The position numbers were made by a program, and so were the translations under genes. 36,062 nucleotides of DNA from a virus. Taxonomy: Duplodnaviria; Caudoviricetes. Where the stretch lies: IMG/VR virus record IMGVR_UViG_3300017909_000575, positions 1 through 36,062 of that record; one strand, given 5' to 3'. This document shows positions 1-9,244 of this stretch, in pieces (positions within the stretch are counted from its first letter, which is position 1; each line of letters starts with the position of its first letter). Below the pieces are notes generated by a model. The model worked only from the letters and a program-made list of their open reading frames with translations. It was not told where the DNA came from and ran no database searches.

Positions 1-815
1 CCATCGTTTGTAAACTCAGTTGGCTTCCAGCCTTTCAGTTTCTTCAAACGGTCAGCAACATGGTCACGGCTACCGGGGTTGAACTCTACCTTCTTAACCT
101 TGAATGTAGGGACACCCTTTTCGTAGCCAAACTTCTTGGAGTTTACCTTCGGAGTAAACGGCGTTTTAATCTCCCAATCAGGGAACGCCTTCTTGAGTTC
201 CTCTTCAAGCTCGTGTTTCCGGGTAGCGAGTTGACCATATAGAGAAGAAGCACCCTGTCTGTCAAAGGCAAATCCACAAGTTTCTTGCTGGAAAATAATT
301 TCTGCCAGTTCATGCTCTAGCTCCATAGCCTGTTCACTGTAGTCCTTGGCAACAATCTTTTGCCAAAGCGTGTTGGTTACCTCGACATCCTGTATGCAGT
401 ATTCCCACATCTCCTGATTGAACGCTTCCCAGCCCCCCTGATAATCATCTTTGTAATTACCAATGCGGTGACCCCATGCTCTCAGGCTGTGTGAGCCAAT
501 GAGCTTGGTAGGAAACTCAGTCCGTGTGAAATCTGATTGCTTGATGTCTGCCCAGATAAGCCGGGTGCAGACCAGCGTGTCACGAACCAGACCCTTCGGT
601 TGGAACGTGCCAAGCTTTTGAAGTACAGGAATGTCGTACTTGATGATGTTGTGCCCTACAATCAGGTCAGCATCTTCTAACCTCTTAGCACCTTCAGGCC
701 AGTTATCGGTGTAGCTGATAATCTCACCTGAGTCGATGTCCTTGAGGATGAGACAGTGTATGGTAGAGACATCATCAAGTAATCCGTCAGTCTCTAAATC
801 AAACACATATCTCAT
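1..815 (-). CDS. DNA polymerase family A (T7 gp5-like), N-terminal 3'-5' exonuclease part; truncated at the window edge
   Basis: Not in the ORF track. Hand translation gives MRYVFDLETDGLLD (Exo I DxE), GHNIIKYD (Exo II), SHSLRAWGHR and YCIQDV (Exo III). The ATG overlaps the upstream TGA (ATGA). Confidence 0.93.
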   Translation of the reverse strand, partial: MRYVFDLETDGLLDDVSTIHCLILKDIDSGEIISYTDNWPEGAKRLEDADLIVGHNIIKYDIPVLQKLGTFQPKGLVRDTLVCTRLIWADIKQSDFTRTEFPTKLIGSHSLRAWGHRIGNYKDDYQGGWEAFNQEMWEYCIQDVEVTNTLWQKIVAKDYSEQAMELEHELAEIIFQQETCGFAFDRQGASSLYGQLATRKHELEEELKKAFPDWEIKTPFTPKVNSKKFGYEKGVPTFKVKKVEFNPGSRDHVADRLKKLKGWKPTEFTND

Positions 816-1228
816 AGCAAACCTTTCATGCTAGGTGGGCAGTAGTTCTCACCCTTGAGTACCTTGCCGCCAGCGTCAACCACAGGCTTGCCATCCACGA
901 GCTTGCTCATGTTGGAGTGGTGAACACGGACAAAGGCTGGTTGGACAGGAAGACCAAAGGTAACAGCAAACCCTGACACCACATACATGATGTCACACAG
1001 TTCTTTCAGGATGTTCTCTTGGACTTCATCAGAAACTTTGGCATCCCAATCTAACTGTTGTCGTGCTTTATTAACTTCAGCTTCTAGCTCTTTGACTTCC
1101 TCATTGATGAGCCGCATCCGTAAATGCAAATCACCTTTTGAGTAAGGTACATCAATAGGTTGTCCCATTGCTTTCTGGAACTGAGACACCATCATTTCTC
1201 GTGTTACATCTTTCATGTTAGAACTCAT
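812..1228 (-). CDS. MazG-like / all-alpha NTP pyrophosphohydrolase
   Basis: LRMRLINEEVKEL...KELCDIMYV...VHHSNMSK...GKVLKG pattern; lies between primase-helicase and polymerase; GAGGT SD. Confidence 0.85.
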   Translation of the reverse strand: MSSNMKDVTREMMVSQFQKAMGQPIDVPYSKGDLHLRMRLINEEVKELEAEVNKARQQLDWDAKVSDEVQENILKELCDIMYVVSGFAVTFGLPVQPAFVRVHHSNMSKLVDGKPVVDAGGKVLKGENYCPPSMKGLL

Positions 1229-2861
1229 TCTCTACCTCTTCAAAATCTGGATTACACTCCTGCATCCGTCCCGTCAGTGGATTGTACTTGGCGTGACAAG
1301 CTACCCCACACTCACCACTAAAGCGGTTCTTTAGCACCCGGATAGTTGTGACGTTGGAGTCTTCACCCTGTTGGTTACGCTCAAGGCCAATCACCATGTC
1401 CGATAGCTGGGCGATAGCATGACTACCACGAAGCTGTGACAGGCTAGTATGTGCGCCTTCTTCGTGGCCTCTGTTACCATCAGGCCGCTTGAGGTGTGAC
1501 ACTAATATCAATCCCACACCTGTCTCTTGTACCAGAGTACGAAGTGCAGTCATAGCATTATCAATCAGTCGTCTTTCATCACCGTCCCCAAGACCAGAAA
1601 CCACAATAGAAAGGTGGTCAAGAATAACCCAATCGCACTCTTCTCCCTTAGCAAGAAACTTGATTCTACCCAAGAGATTTTCGATAGCGGTGCTACCAAA
1701 AGCATCATAGAAATAAACCCGGCCATTACCGATGACACTATCAAACGCACTCCGAAGCTCATCACTTTCAACAGGTGATAAACCCAGATGTAAAGGCTTG
1801 TCGAGGTGTAAACCCATGAGGCCAAGAGCCGTTCTCTTAACGGTTTCTTCAAGCATGATGAAGCCAACTTTCTCTCCCTTTTGGATTAGGTCATAGCCAA
1901 TCTCACGAACCAGTGCTGACTTACCAATGCCTGACCCGGCAGTGATAGTTGTAAGCTCTGACTTGCGAAGGCCATGTGTCTTTTCGTTGAGGCCAACGAA
2001 GGGGTAATCCACAGTGTAGACAATCTCGTTGGTTGATAAGGTAGCCCAGAGGTCAGAGCCAGACACAATACCGTCTGGTCTGAATGTCTTGGCTTCCCAG
2101 ATGGCAGAGATAATCTCTTTCCCTCTGTTCGCCATGAGCATTTCATTGGCATCCTTGAGGGGTAGCTGTGCAATCTTTGCCTTACCCGGCGTGAGTACAG
2201 AGGCACAGGCTCTGGCGGCAGACTGCCCAGCTTCATCCATGTCGAACATGAACACCACTGTCTCAAAGCTCTCAAGCCATTCAAGAGATTTCTGTACGTC
2301 ACGCTTCGCCCCCTGTGCCCCATTTTTAACGGACACGGTAGGCCATTTGTTTTGCTGTATCATGCTGACGGAAAGGCAGTCGAGTTCACCTTCGGTGACC
2401 ACTACCATTTTACCACCGTCACGCCACAGCCACTGACCATAAAGCCCGGTGTAGTTCCCTACCCACTTGAATGTTTTGTCAGGGAATCGGAACTTCTGTG
2501 CAACAAGCTTTTGGTTCTGATGATAGTTTGCTACCTGACAGGATACCCCGTTGTGTTTCGCAACACGGTAGTCAAACTTGCGACAGGTATCTTCGTTGAT
2601 ACCTCGTTTTGAAAGGGCTTTGATTTGCCCTTTCGTGAATACACTTTCTTCGACTTCACTACCCTCGTCTTGTACTGGGGTGAAGCCAAACTCTTCGCCA
2701 CTGGATTGGAACATTTCTTCTTCAGCTTTCTCATAATAACCACATCCGAAACAGTACCCATGCCCGTCAGAGTAGCGGCCTAGGTTATCCCTAGAACCGC
2801 ACTCTGGACATGGCTCGTGGCGAACACAGACTGACTCAGGCAGAGCCTCTGTATCCGTCAT
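1218..2861 (-). CDS. DNA primase/helicase (T7 gp4-like)
   Basis: Zn finger CPECGS...CFGC, TOPRIM EGELD and FDMD, Walker A AGSGIGKS, ILDHLS, LRGS, LKNRF. Confidence 0.97.
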   Translation of the reverse strand: MTDTEALPESVCVRHEPCPECGSRDNLGRYSDGHGYCFGCGYYEKAEEEMFQSSGEEFGFTPVQDEGSEVEESVFTKGQIKALSKRGINEDTCRKFDYRVAKHNGVSCQVANYHQNQKLVAQKFRFPDKTFKWVGNYTGLYGQWLWRDGGKMVVVTEGELDCLSVSMIQQNKWPTVSVKNGAQGAKRDVQKSLEWLESFETVVFMFDMDEAGQSAARACASVLTPGKAKIAQLPLKDANEMLMANRGKEIISAIWEAKTFRPDGIVSGSDLWATLSTNEIVYTVDYPFVGLNEKTHGLRKSELTTITAGSGIGKSALVREIGYDLIQKGEKVGFIMLEETVKRTALGLMGLHLDKPLHLGLSPVESDELRSAFDSVIGNGRVYFYDAFGSTAIENLLGRIKFLAKGEECDWVILDHLSIVVSGLGDGDERRLIDNAMTALRTLVQETGVGLILVSHLKRPDGNRGHEEGAHTSLSQLRGSHAIAQLSDMVIGLERNQQGEDSNVTTIRVLKNRFSGECGVACHAKYNPLTGRMQECNPDFEEVENEF

Positions 2862-3258
2862 ACCATTCTCCTACATTAAAAGTTGGACAAGCTTTGGATG
2901 AGATATCGTTGTGCCCAATGACATTTGCATCTGGGTACTTTTCTTTCAGGTCATCCACCAAGTTTTCCAACGTACTCCACTGGTCTGCGGTAAAGTTTGT
3001 CTCAGGTTCATTGTCCTCAGACAGACCACCTACCATACAGATGCCAACAGAGATAGCGTTGTGGCCTTTGGCGTGTGCCCCAACCTCTTCCAGTTCACGG
3101 CCTGTCTCGACAGTACCGTCACGCTTGATAACAAAGTGGTAGCCGATTTTCAGCCAACCACGCTCCCGATGCCATCGGTCAATATCCGATGCACCGATGT
3201 CCATGCTGGGCTTTGTTGCCGCACAATGGACAATTATTTCTTTCGTTTCTTTTCGCAT
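2836..3258 (-). CDS. N-acetylmuramoyl-L-alanine amidase endolysin (T7 gp3.5-like)
   Basis: IIVHCAAT, IGYHFVI, GAHAKGHN, GHND, KACPTF. Start moved to the ATG of MRKETK. Confidence 0.95.
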   Translation of the reverse strand: MRKETKEIIVHCAATKPSMDIGASDIDRWHRERGWLKIGYHFVIKRDGTVETGRELEEVGAHAKGHNAISVGICMVGGLSEDNEPETNFTADQWSTLENLVDDLKEKYPDANVIGHNDISSKACPTFNVGEWYDGYRGSA

Positions 3259-3680
3259 CTTACTAAGCAAAGACTTGCTTCCTTCTGTTGAGGGGATAGC
3301 TCCTCGTTCAACCAGCTAGTAGGAATGGACTTGTCTGCATACTCAAAGCCGTAGCGACTGCACCACATTCCGTAGGTTGTTTTAGATTTACTCCCGATTT
3401 TTGTTTTAGAGTTTGAGAAGACAAACCTAATTACTAAGTCAGGGTTCTGTTCTTTGATTAGCTTATGCTTGGAACGGTCTGAACTGAGGAACTGTCCTTT
3501 TGTCTCAACGATGATGCCGTTGGGAAGAACAAAATCAGGTTTGTATTTTGAGTGGGGCTTGCGGTATTGAACCCAGCCGGGTGGCTCGTAATGAAACTTG
3601 ACACCAAGCTGGGTTAATTCATCGGCAACCTTCTCTTCTAGTCCACTTCTATAAATAGATTTCTTAGAAGTCTTCATCAT
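3234..3680 (-). CDS. Endonuclease I / Holliday junction resolvase (T7 gp3-like)
   Basis: YRSGLEEKVA, YKPDFVLPNGIIVETKG, IRFVF, TTYGMWC. Start moved to the ATG overlapping the end of the SSB gene. Confidence 0.95.
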   Translation of the reverse strand: MMKTSKKSIYRSGLEEKVADELTQLGVKFHYEPPGWVQYRKPHSKYKPDFVLPNGIIVETKGQFLSSDRSKHKLIKEQNPDLVIRFVFSNSKTKIGSKSKTTYGMWCSRYGFEYADKSIPTSWLNEELSPQQKEASLCLVRCEKKRKK

Positions 3681-4287
3681 CAGAGAAGTCCGATTCCGTG
3701 GCTGTCTCTGTCTGGGACGAAGTAAATCCTTCGGTTGCGGAAAATCCATATGCCGAAGCATCAGCACCCCCACCTGTTTTCAGGTCAATGATTTGAACAG
3801 CCTTCAAGCGCAGAGACACGCCAGCACCCACAGCGGCAACGTAATATGGGATAAGGTCTGCCGATACACACAGCTTTGACCCACCCCAGATGTCATCACA
3901 CTCGTTAATCAACGAGCCTTGTGCATCAAAGAGCTTCGGAGCTATGTCGATAGTCCGTCCGTCTTTGTTAATCTGGGCGTTCATCTTAAATTTGAACACC
4001 ACTCTGCCTGTCTCTTGACCTTCATCATCAAGCTCGTTGAAGTAAGGGGCATCTGATTCCTTCTGCTTTTTGCCTTGGGGAATCATAGACAGTGCAACTT
4101 TTTTGTTTGCCTCAATCTTTTCGATGATAGGTGTAGCTTCTTCCTGTGACAGAGAGAGGTTCACCTTGTACTGAGGCTTGCCTGAGATACCAGACTGAGG
4201 GTCTTTGTACACATCAGGGCGATTAAGATGAGGGTAAATTGCAATACCTTGAGGTGTTACAATTCCTTCATATTCTTTTCTAGCCAT
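3664..4287 (-). CDS. ssDNA-binding protein (T7 gp2.5-like)
   Basis: TPQGIAIYPHLNRPD, IWGGS, GVSLRLKAVQIIDL, acidic tail ending DDEDF; GGAGG SD. Confidence 0.93.
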   Translation of the reverse strand: MARKEYEGIVTPQGIAIYPHLNRPDVYKDPQSGISGKPQYKVNLSLSQEEATPIIEKIEANKKVALSMIPQGKKQKESDAPYFNELDDEGQETGRVVFKFKMNAQINKDGRTIDIAPKLFDAQGSLINECDDIWGGSKLCVSADLIPYYVAAVGAGVSLRLKAVQIIDLKTGGGADASAYGFSATEGFTSSQTETATESDFSDDEDF

Positions 4288-4411
4288 AAGCTAAATCCTC
4301 CAATGGATAGTTATCTTCAATTATGAAACCATAAGTACCTATGGCTTCGGTGAGGACATCTACAGGTACTGCGACATCCATTTCTTCATAAAATTCAAGG
4401 AGTTTTTCCAT
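4280..4411 (-). CDS. Small acidic hypothetical protein (43 aa)
   Basis: Hand translation MEKLLEFYEEMDVAVPVDVLTEAIGTYGFIIEDNYPLEDLAYG; GAGG SD; first ORF after the phage promoter. Confidence 0.7.
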   Translation of the reverse strand: MEKLLEFYEEMDVAVPVDVLTEAIGTYGFIIEDNYPLEDLAYG

Positions 4412-4451
4412 AGCGTCCTCTTTAGGGAAGACCACCAGAAGATTCTGATGG

Positions 4452-4470
4452 TCTAATATGGTGGGTATTA
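4452..4470 (-). promoter_or_regulatory. Phage RNAP promoter (replication genes)
   Basis: TAATACCCACCATATTAGA directly downstream of the RNAP gene; identical to 11646-11664 and one mismatch from 33451-33469. Confidence 0.85.
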
Positions 4471-4473
4471 AAT

Positions 4474-4485
4474 GCCTTAGTGGAT
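4474..4485. promoter_or_regulatory. Putative operator GCCnnAGTGGAT
   Basis: GCCTTAGTGGAT, 3 bp from the upstream edge of the phage promoter. Confidence 0.65.
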
Positions 4486-4489
4486 TGCA

Positions 4490-6916
4490 TCAGGCAAAGA
4501 AAAATGGGCTGTCCTCTACGACACGAATGTCAAGGTCACCCTTCGGTGGTATGGGGTCAATCTCTGCATGACGATGCGCTGGGAGTACATCCAACAGGTC
4601 AATGCGGAAGTCTTCCAAGACATCCACCTGACAGTACATCTCAACGAAAGCCTTGCGGAGACACCACCACATCAACTCTGCGTCTGCCGCATGAGTACCG
4701 TAACTGTCATGCACCATTGCAAAGTTGTAGATTTCACACTGCTTGGCAACGTCAATCGTTATCATCATGTGTGCCGCATCGATGCTGTGAACAAAGTTGG
4801 GGCTGATGCCATTGGACTGACGGTTCTTATCCAGCTTGCCTGTTTCTTTGTACAAGGCAGGACGGAAAGCAGAACCAAGAAGCTTAGTCTCAATCCTGAA
4901 CGGACGGGTTTCTGGGTAGGCTTGAAGCACCGGGAAGTTACATGGGGTATCCCACCTGATTGGTAAGCCCTCGCTACTGGCAACCCGTGATGCTTTCTGA
5001 AGCCATGCCATCGCATCCGTTGCGGCATGGACAATCTCACCAATCGAGTCCCAGATAACCTTGGCAAGAAAGGTTGATGCCTTGAACGCATCGTCACCAA
5101 AGGGGTGCATATTACCTTTCTCTTTCTGCTCTACGATGTAGTCCATCACAAAGTCAGAGAAGGAATACTGCTTGCCGCCGTAAGGAAGCACCATACAAGG
5201 ACGCTTGGTGCATCCACGCTGGACACCAAACTCCAGCCAGAGTTTTGCCAGAGGGTCATCCATCGTGCCAAGCTTCTCAGTCACCCGGTCAGCTACCTTC
5301 TGATAGATGTCCTGTGGTTCATCATCAGGGATGAGGTTGACTTCCTTGCCTGTGGTAGATGACCGAAGCATGGCGGCGAAGTGTTGCAGTCCATTGCACG
5401 AGCCATCGGCAGAGACAGGAAGGTGAGAGACAAAGCCATCACCCTGCTCAACCCAGCCAGCCCACTCAAAGCAGAAGGCGAGGAACTGGAATGGTGAGTC
5501 AGCTTCTTTTGCCCACCACAGGTCACCCAGTGGGTCAGATGCACAAGACAGGATTTGCTCCTGATTTTTTTGCACCCAATCAATCCGGTCTTGCAGAGAT
5601 ACCTTGTCAAACCCGAAGCAGTTAGCTCCGTGGATGGCAAGGTGGCAAGCTCCCCCCTCGTCTATTTCTTTACCATGAGCAAAGACCAACAGTGACTTGG
5701 CAAAGTCAGTGCCCTGTGGGTTAAGATAGTTGGGGACACAGTACGCCCTGCCACGGAAGTCTAGCTGGTAGACCATGTACAACTCTGGCTCATCCTGAAA
5801 CTTGTCAGCCACTTCGATGGTCTTCCTCAACAAGAGCCGCTTGGAGTCGAGCCTGTTGTTTTCGGTGTGGATGATTACCGCTTCCCGTTTCCACGCTGTC
5901 CTTGCTTCCTTGTTGGTTGCAATGTCCTGTGGCTTTGCCGGGATGGGATAGTTTTCAGATGGTGGCAGAGTAGGCAAGTCGATGCCCGTGTTCCATATCT
6001 CACGAAGCACATCCAAGATACCCTTGTTCACCTTGAACGGTGTCCTCTGCATGGCATTGACTGCACCATATACTTGAGGCATCTCAAAGTGTTTCAATTC
6101 CGACAGGTAATTGTGGTTATCCGTCTTCACCATAGTCAGCGGCCTGATGTGGTGAGAGTGATAACCCCCATCGTAGGGGCTAGTCCAATCACGGGGTGGA
6201 ACAACACAAGGATAGAAGTCAGGCTTCAGAATTTCCTTGAAGGCGTTCAGGTCTTTGATGGCTTCCATCGTAGTGTCGGTTGGAAGAACCAGCCTACGTT
6301 TCTTGCCGCCAGAGGTGACCATCTTGTGAGTGATAAGCCCCGTGTTCTGGATGGTCAGGTCAATCATGGCGTTACCCACCAAGAGGCGTTCACGCTGTGT
6401 CCATGACTGCCACTCAACACCGTCACGCCTTGCTGATTCAATCAGCTTCCTGCGCTTGTATGAGTAGGACGATGAGCGAGACTCAAGGTCTTTCATCACC
6501 ACTTTCATCAGCCGTGGGTTGTTCTCCTCAAAGGCACGGATGCGAAGCTCATCCTCAATCGCCATGCCCAGCGACACGGCAGTCGATGTGAAGGCACGTT
6601 GCCTTGTGATTTGGTTTAGCACCACCTTGAGAGTGATGATGGCAAGCACCGATGGTTCAAGGCTTGATACAAGCACAGCCCCCGTTGCCGCCTTGCCAGC
6701 CTTACCATTGAGGCTGGACTCTACATAATCAGCAATCGCTGTCTCAAGACTTTCAAGGGTAGCCCTGAGAAGGTGCTGTCCATAGTCCGTAGTGGACTCT
6801 TGTTGACGTTCAGCTTTCTTGAAGTTGTTTTTGTGATAGCGTGACAATCCATGTTCACGCATTTCACGCTCCAACAATACCTGTTTGTCGTTGATATTAC
6901 TGATGTTATCAGTCAT
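4490..6916 (-). CDS. Single-subunit DNA-directed RNA polymerase (T7 gp1-like)
   Basis: DFRGR, DGSCNGLQH, R..TKRPCMVLPYG, PNFVHSIDA, VHDSYGT, C-terminal FFA. Start set at the ATG 8 nt after AGGAG. Confidence 0.98.
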   Translation of the reverse strand: MTDNISNINDKQVLLEREMREHGLSRYHKNNFKKAERQQESTTDYGQHLLRATLESLETAIADYVESSLNGKAGKAATGAVLVSSLEPSVLAIITLKVVLNQITRQRAFTSTAVSLGMAIEDELRIRAFEENNPRLMKVVMKDLESRSSSYSYKRRKLIESARRDGVEWQSWTQRERLLVGNAMIDLTIQNTGLITHKMVTSGGKKRRLVLPTDTTMEAIKDLNAFKEILKPDFYPCVVPPRDWTSPYDGGYHSHHIRPLTMVKTDNHNYLSELKHFEMPQVYGAVNAMQRTPFKVNKGILDVLREIWNTGIDLPTLPPSENYPIPAKPQDIATNKEARTAWKREAVIIHTENNRLDSKRLLLRKTIEVADKFQDEPELYMVYQLDFRGRAYCVPNYLNPQGTDFAKSLLVFAHGKEIDEGGACHLAIHGANCFGFDKVSLQDRIDWVQKNQEQILSCASDPLGDLWWAKEADSPFQFLAFCFEWAGWVEQGDGFVSHLPVSADGSCNGLQHFAAMLRSSTTGKEVNLIPDDEPQDIYQKVADRVTEKLGTMDDPLAKLWLEFGVQRGCTKRPCMVLPYGGKQYSFSDFVMDYIVEQKEKGNMHPFGDDAFKASTFLAKVIWDSIGEIVHAATDAMAWLQKASRVASSEGLPIRWDTPCNFPVLQAYPETRPFRIETKLLGSAFRPALYKETGKLDKNRQSNGISPNFVHSIDAAHMMITIDVAKQCEIYNFAMVHDSYGTHAADAELMWWCLRKAFVEMYCQVDVLEDFRIDLLDVLPAHRHAEIDPIPPKGDLDIRVVEDSPFFFA

Positions 6917-6940
6917 ACACATAACTCCTGTGGTTGTGAC

Positions 6941-6972
6941 ATCCACTCTAGCAACTGTCTACCAGAGTGGAT
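6941..6972. promoter_or_regulatory. Inverted operator pair upstream of the RNAP gene
   Basis: ATCCACTCT-N14-AGAGTGGAT. Confidence 0.6.
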
Positions 6973-7131
6973 GATGGGCTTTTTCTACTGCCCTTTTGGT
7001 TTAAGAGTCGATGTATGCCGAAGTGGATATATAGAACTTATAGAATCAGTTACTAACTAACTGCTCGTAAGCCCTTCTGCCGCAACGACATACGTGTCAC
7101 AATGTCACCATTATGCCACAAGTTTTGTCAC
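6973..7131. other. Candidate attP region
   Basis: Non-coding gap immediately 3' of the integrase. TGTCAC/TGCCAC repeats at 7095, 7103, 7114 and 7126, an inverted GTGACA at 6936, and an IHF-like AATCAGTTAC. The core sequence was not identified. Confidence 0.45.
7017..7028. promoter_or_regulatory. Putative operator GCCnnAGTGGAT
   Basis: GCCGAAGTGGAT in the integrase-RNAP intergenic region. Confidence 0.55.
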
Positions 7132-8112
7132 CTTGTTGACAGGTTCAAGAACCTTCACTGCATCTTCCAGATTTGTTGGACACAGATGGGAATACTTCAG
7201 GGTCATCTGAATGTCAGCATGACCTAACCATTCCTTAACAACAAGAAGGGGAACACCCCTCTGCACGAGGCGAGAGGCACACGTATGGCGAAGGCAGTGA
7301 GGCACAAATTCTTTGTCATGCCCCATGCCCATCGCACGTTTCACCTTGTTCCAAGAATACTGCACCTTATCAGGTGTCATTGAAAGGTCACCGTTACGCC
7401 GAACAAATATTTCTTTTGCCCGTGTTGTTAGTACAACAGTGCGAGGTTTCCCACTCTTGGTTTTCCAGACAGTCAACCGACTGCCATTGAGGTCATCGAA
7501 TTGGATGTTACGTAGCTCACCCACACGCATCCCGGTATCTATCAGGAACATGAAAGTGTCTAGCTCGTCATACATCCGCATCTGACGAAACATTTTCCAC
7601 AACATAAGTTCTTCTTCTTCAGTGACGAACCTGATGCGGCCTCTGCCCTCGTCAAGCCATTCGATGTTGAGCTTTGTTTTACGCCAGCCACGTTTGAAAC
7701 CAAAGTTACAAGCCTTGGATAACACCGACAGTTTCTTGTTGATTGTACAATTCCCATTGCCCTTTCGTTTGAAGAAAGCAATTAGGTCATCAACAATATT
7801 CTCGTCAATCTGGCTGGCGAGGCATCTCTTACCAACGACATCGACAATCTCTTGTGATGTGCGGATGGCAGTCATGCCCCAATTTGTTTCAGACCAATAT
7901 CTGTTAGCTGTTTTCTCAAACAGTTCACCGATAGTCATGGCCTGTGGCATAGCACAGTCTGGGTCAGGAAGAGGTAAGCCCTTGGATATGGCATCCTCAA
8001 CCTGAACCAGCATGGCATTTGCCTGTTCTTGTGTTGGGTAGTTGTGGCGAAACTTGATGCCCTGCTTACGGACATCAACTTGCCACGAACCACCCCTCTG
8101 ACGTACTGGCAT
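7111..8112 (-). CDS. int: Tyrosine integrase
   Basis: DTGMRVGE (R), KTKSGK (K), HCLRHT (HxxR), LGH, terminal Y in MTLKYSH; N-terminal arm-binding-like segment. Confidence 0.96.
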   Translation of the reverse strand: MPVRQRGGSWQVDVRKQGIKFRHNYPTQEQANAMLVQVEDAISKGLPLPDPDCAMPQAMTIGELFEKTANRYWSETNWGMTAIRTSQEIVDVVGKRCLASQIDENIVDDLIAFFKRKGNGNCTINKKLSVLSKACNFGFKRGWRKTKLNIEWLDEGRGRIRFVTEEEELMLWKMFRQMRMYDELDTFMFLIDTGMRVGELRNIQFDDLNGSRLTVWKTKSGKPRTVVLTTRAKEIFVRRNGDLSMTPDKVQYSWNKVKRAMGMGHDKEFVPHCLRHTCASRLVQRGVPLLVVKEWLGHADIQMTLKYSHLCPTNLEDAVKVLEPVNKVTKLVA

Positions 8113-8123
8113 AGGCAGTCTCC

Positions 8124-8507
8124 CTAAAAGGTTGTTGAAACCCTCTGGAAAAATCGTTGACCTTTCGCAGTGAGCTTCACAAGTTTGCGCCTACGTTCTG
8201 TTGGGTCTTCATATGCGTCCAACAACCCGTGGCCTTTCTTATGATGTCGATTGACACTGCCAAGGTAAGCCACGTTGCGGCTCACAGATGATTGTGCCAA
8301 TGACAATCTGTTACCAATATCTGCCATCTTCATGGGATGCGGATGGTTGGCAACAGTTAAAAACACAGCCACTGACTGTGCTTGTATTTCAGGGTCAATA
8401 TCACGAAACATTTCGATAACCCTTAACAACCCTAAACCGATTTCTGTTTCGCTCTGGTTCGTTACCAGAGGCATAGGCTTTGTCATTACTCTCCTTATTC
8501 TTACCAT
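8124..8507 (-). CDS. MarR-like winged-HTH regulator (candidate repressor or directionality factor)
   Basis: MADIGNRLSLAQSSVSRNV HTH; DPTERRRKLVKLTAKG wing; adjacent to the integrase. Start uncertain. Confidence 0.88.
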   Translation of the reverse strand: MVRIRRVMTKPMPLVTNQSETEIGLGLLRVIEMFRDIDPEIQAQSVAVFLTVANHPHPMKMADIGNRLSLAQSSVSRNVAYLGSVNRHHKKGHGLLDAYEDPTERRRKLVKLTAKGQRFFQRVSTTF

Positions 8508-8673
8508 GTTCTCTCAATAGTGAGTTGGATGAGGACAGGATTGCCCTCACCCTGCCGCAATACAGGAAAAGCTCTCCGTTTTCCAATTCGGCTGACCAGA
8601 TGCTACTGTTGTCTCTGTTATATTCGATATACAAAGCACCCAGATACTTGTTTCGTTTATACATATAGTTCAT
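8401..8673 (-). CDS. Hypothetical protein
   Basis: 90-aa ORF just downstream of a sigma70-like promoter; its 3' end overlaps the MarR ORF. Confidence 0.55.
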   Translation of the reverse strand: MNYMYKRNKYLGALYIEYNRDNSSIWSAELENGELFLYCGRVRAILSSSNSLLREHGKNKESNDKAYASGNEPERNRNRFRVVKGYRNVS

Positions 8674-8723
8674 AAAGGTTTCTTTCCGGCTGACCTCAGC
8701 ATGAAAAAGTGTGGAGCATGAAG

Positions 8724-8753
8724 ATTATCGCCTGAGTGGATAGATAGTGTCAA
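8724..8753 (-). promoter_or_regulatory. Sigma70-type promoter with an operator in the spacer
   Basis: TTGACA-18-GATAAT; the spacer contains ATCCACTCAGGC (8730-8741). Confidence 0.65.
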
Positions 8754-9244
8754 GCAAAAATTCTCATGGCATACCACGCTGGCATTTCGGTGTGTGCCCA
8801 CTTTGCAAAGTGTGACTTAGCACCAACGTAAAAATTATGGTACGACTGCACGGAACAGTGTTCCTTGTATTCGTCTGGCATACACGGTGGTGGCTGTGTG
8901 AAACCAGCATCGTCTATGTTGTCAGGGATGACAGACAAGGGATGAAGCAGGGCAGTGTAAACGTGTGGTGTACCGAAACGCTTGAGCTTCTGGTCACACA
9001 GGTGATGCAACAACTGCAACATCCAATGGTAATGGTCAACGCTGGAGCGAACCCAGATGGTTGACGGATGGTTGATGTGGGTTGACTTGACGAGGCCAAC
9101 GCTGTCTGCCCACTCGTCACCGTCAAGCACACGGTGTGCGGTGGACATCATCTGTACAGTTTCTTTTATCATACAGACAACGTGCTTGTCGCAATGGTAA
9201 GCGGCGGCAATCTCTGGGTCATCATCAAGATAGAATATGTTCAT
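8750..9244 (-). CDS. Pyrimidine-dimer DNA glycosylase-like protein (DenV/endonuclease V-related)
   Basis: MNIFYLD...CDKHVV.M..E..QM.ST, HINHPSTIW, CMPDEYK family pattern; GAGGGGAG SD. Confidence 0.8.
   Translation of the reverse strand: MNIFYLDDDPEIAAAYHCDKHVVCMIKETVQMMSTAHRVLDGDEWADSVGLVKSTHINHPSTIWVRSSVDHYHWMLQLLHHLCDQKLKRFGTPHVYTALLHPLSVIPDNIDDAGFTQPPPCMPDEYKEHCSVQSYHNFYVGAKSHFAKWAHTEMPAWYAMRIFA

Noticed and set aside
1277-1283. AGTGGAT inside coding regions (also near 21448 and 34215)
   Set aside because: These 7-mers lack the GCC part, lie within CDSs and are compatible with chance.
6973-7110. tRNA gene or tRNA 3' half at the att region
   Set aside because: No T-arm (GTTCRA) or acceptor stem is visible; there is only a 9-bp anticodon-loop-like match.
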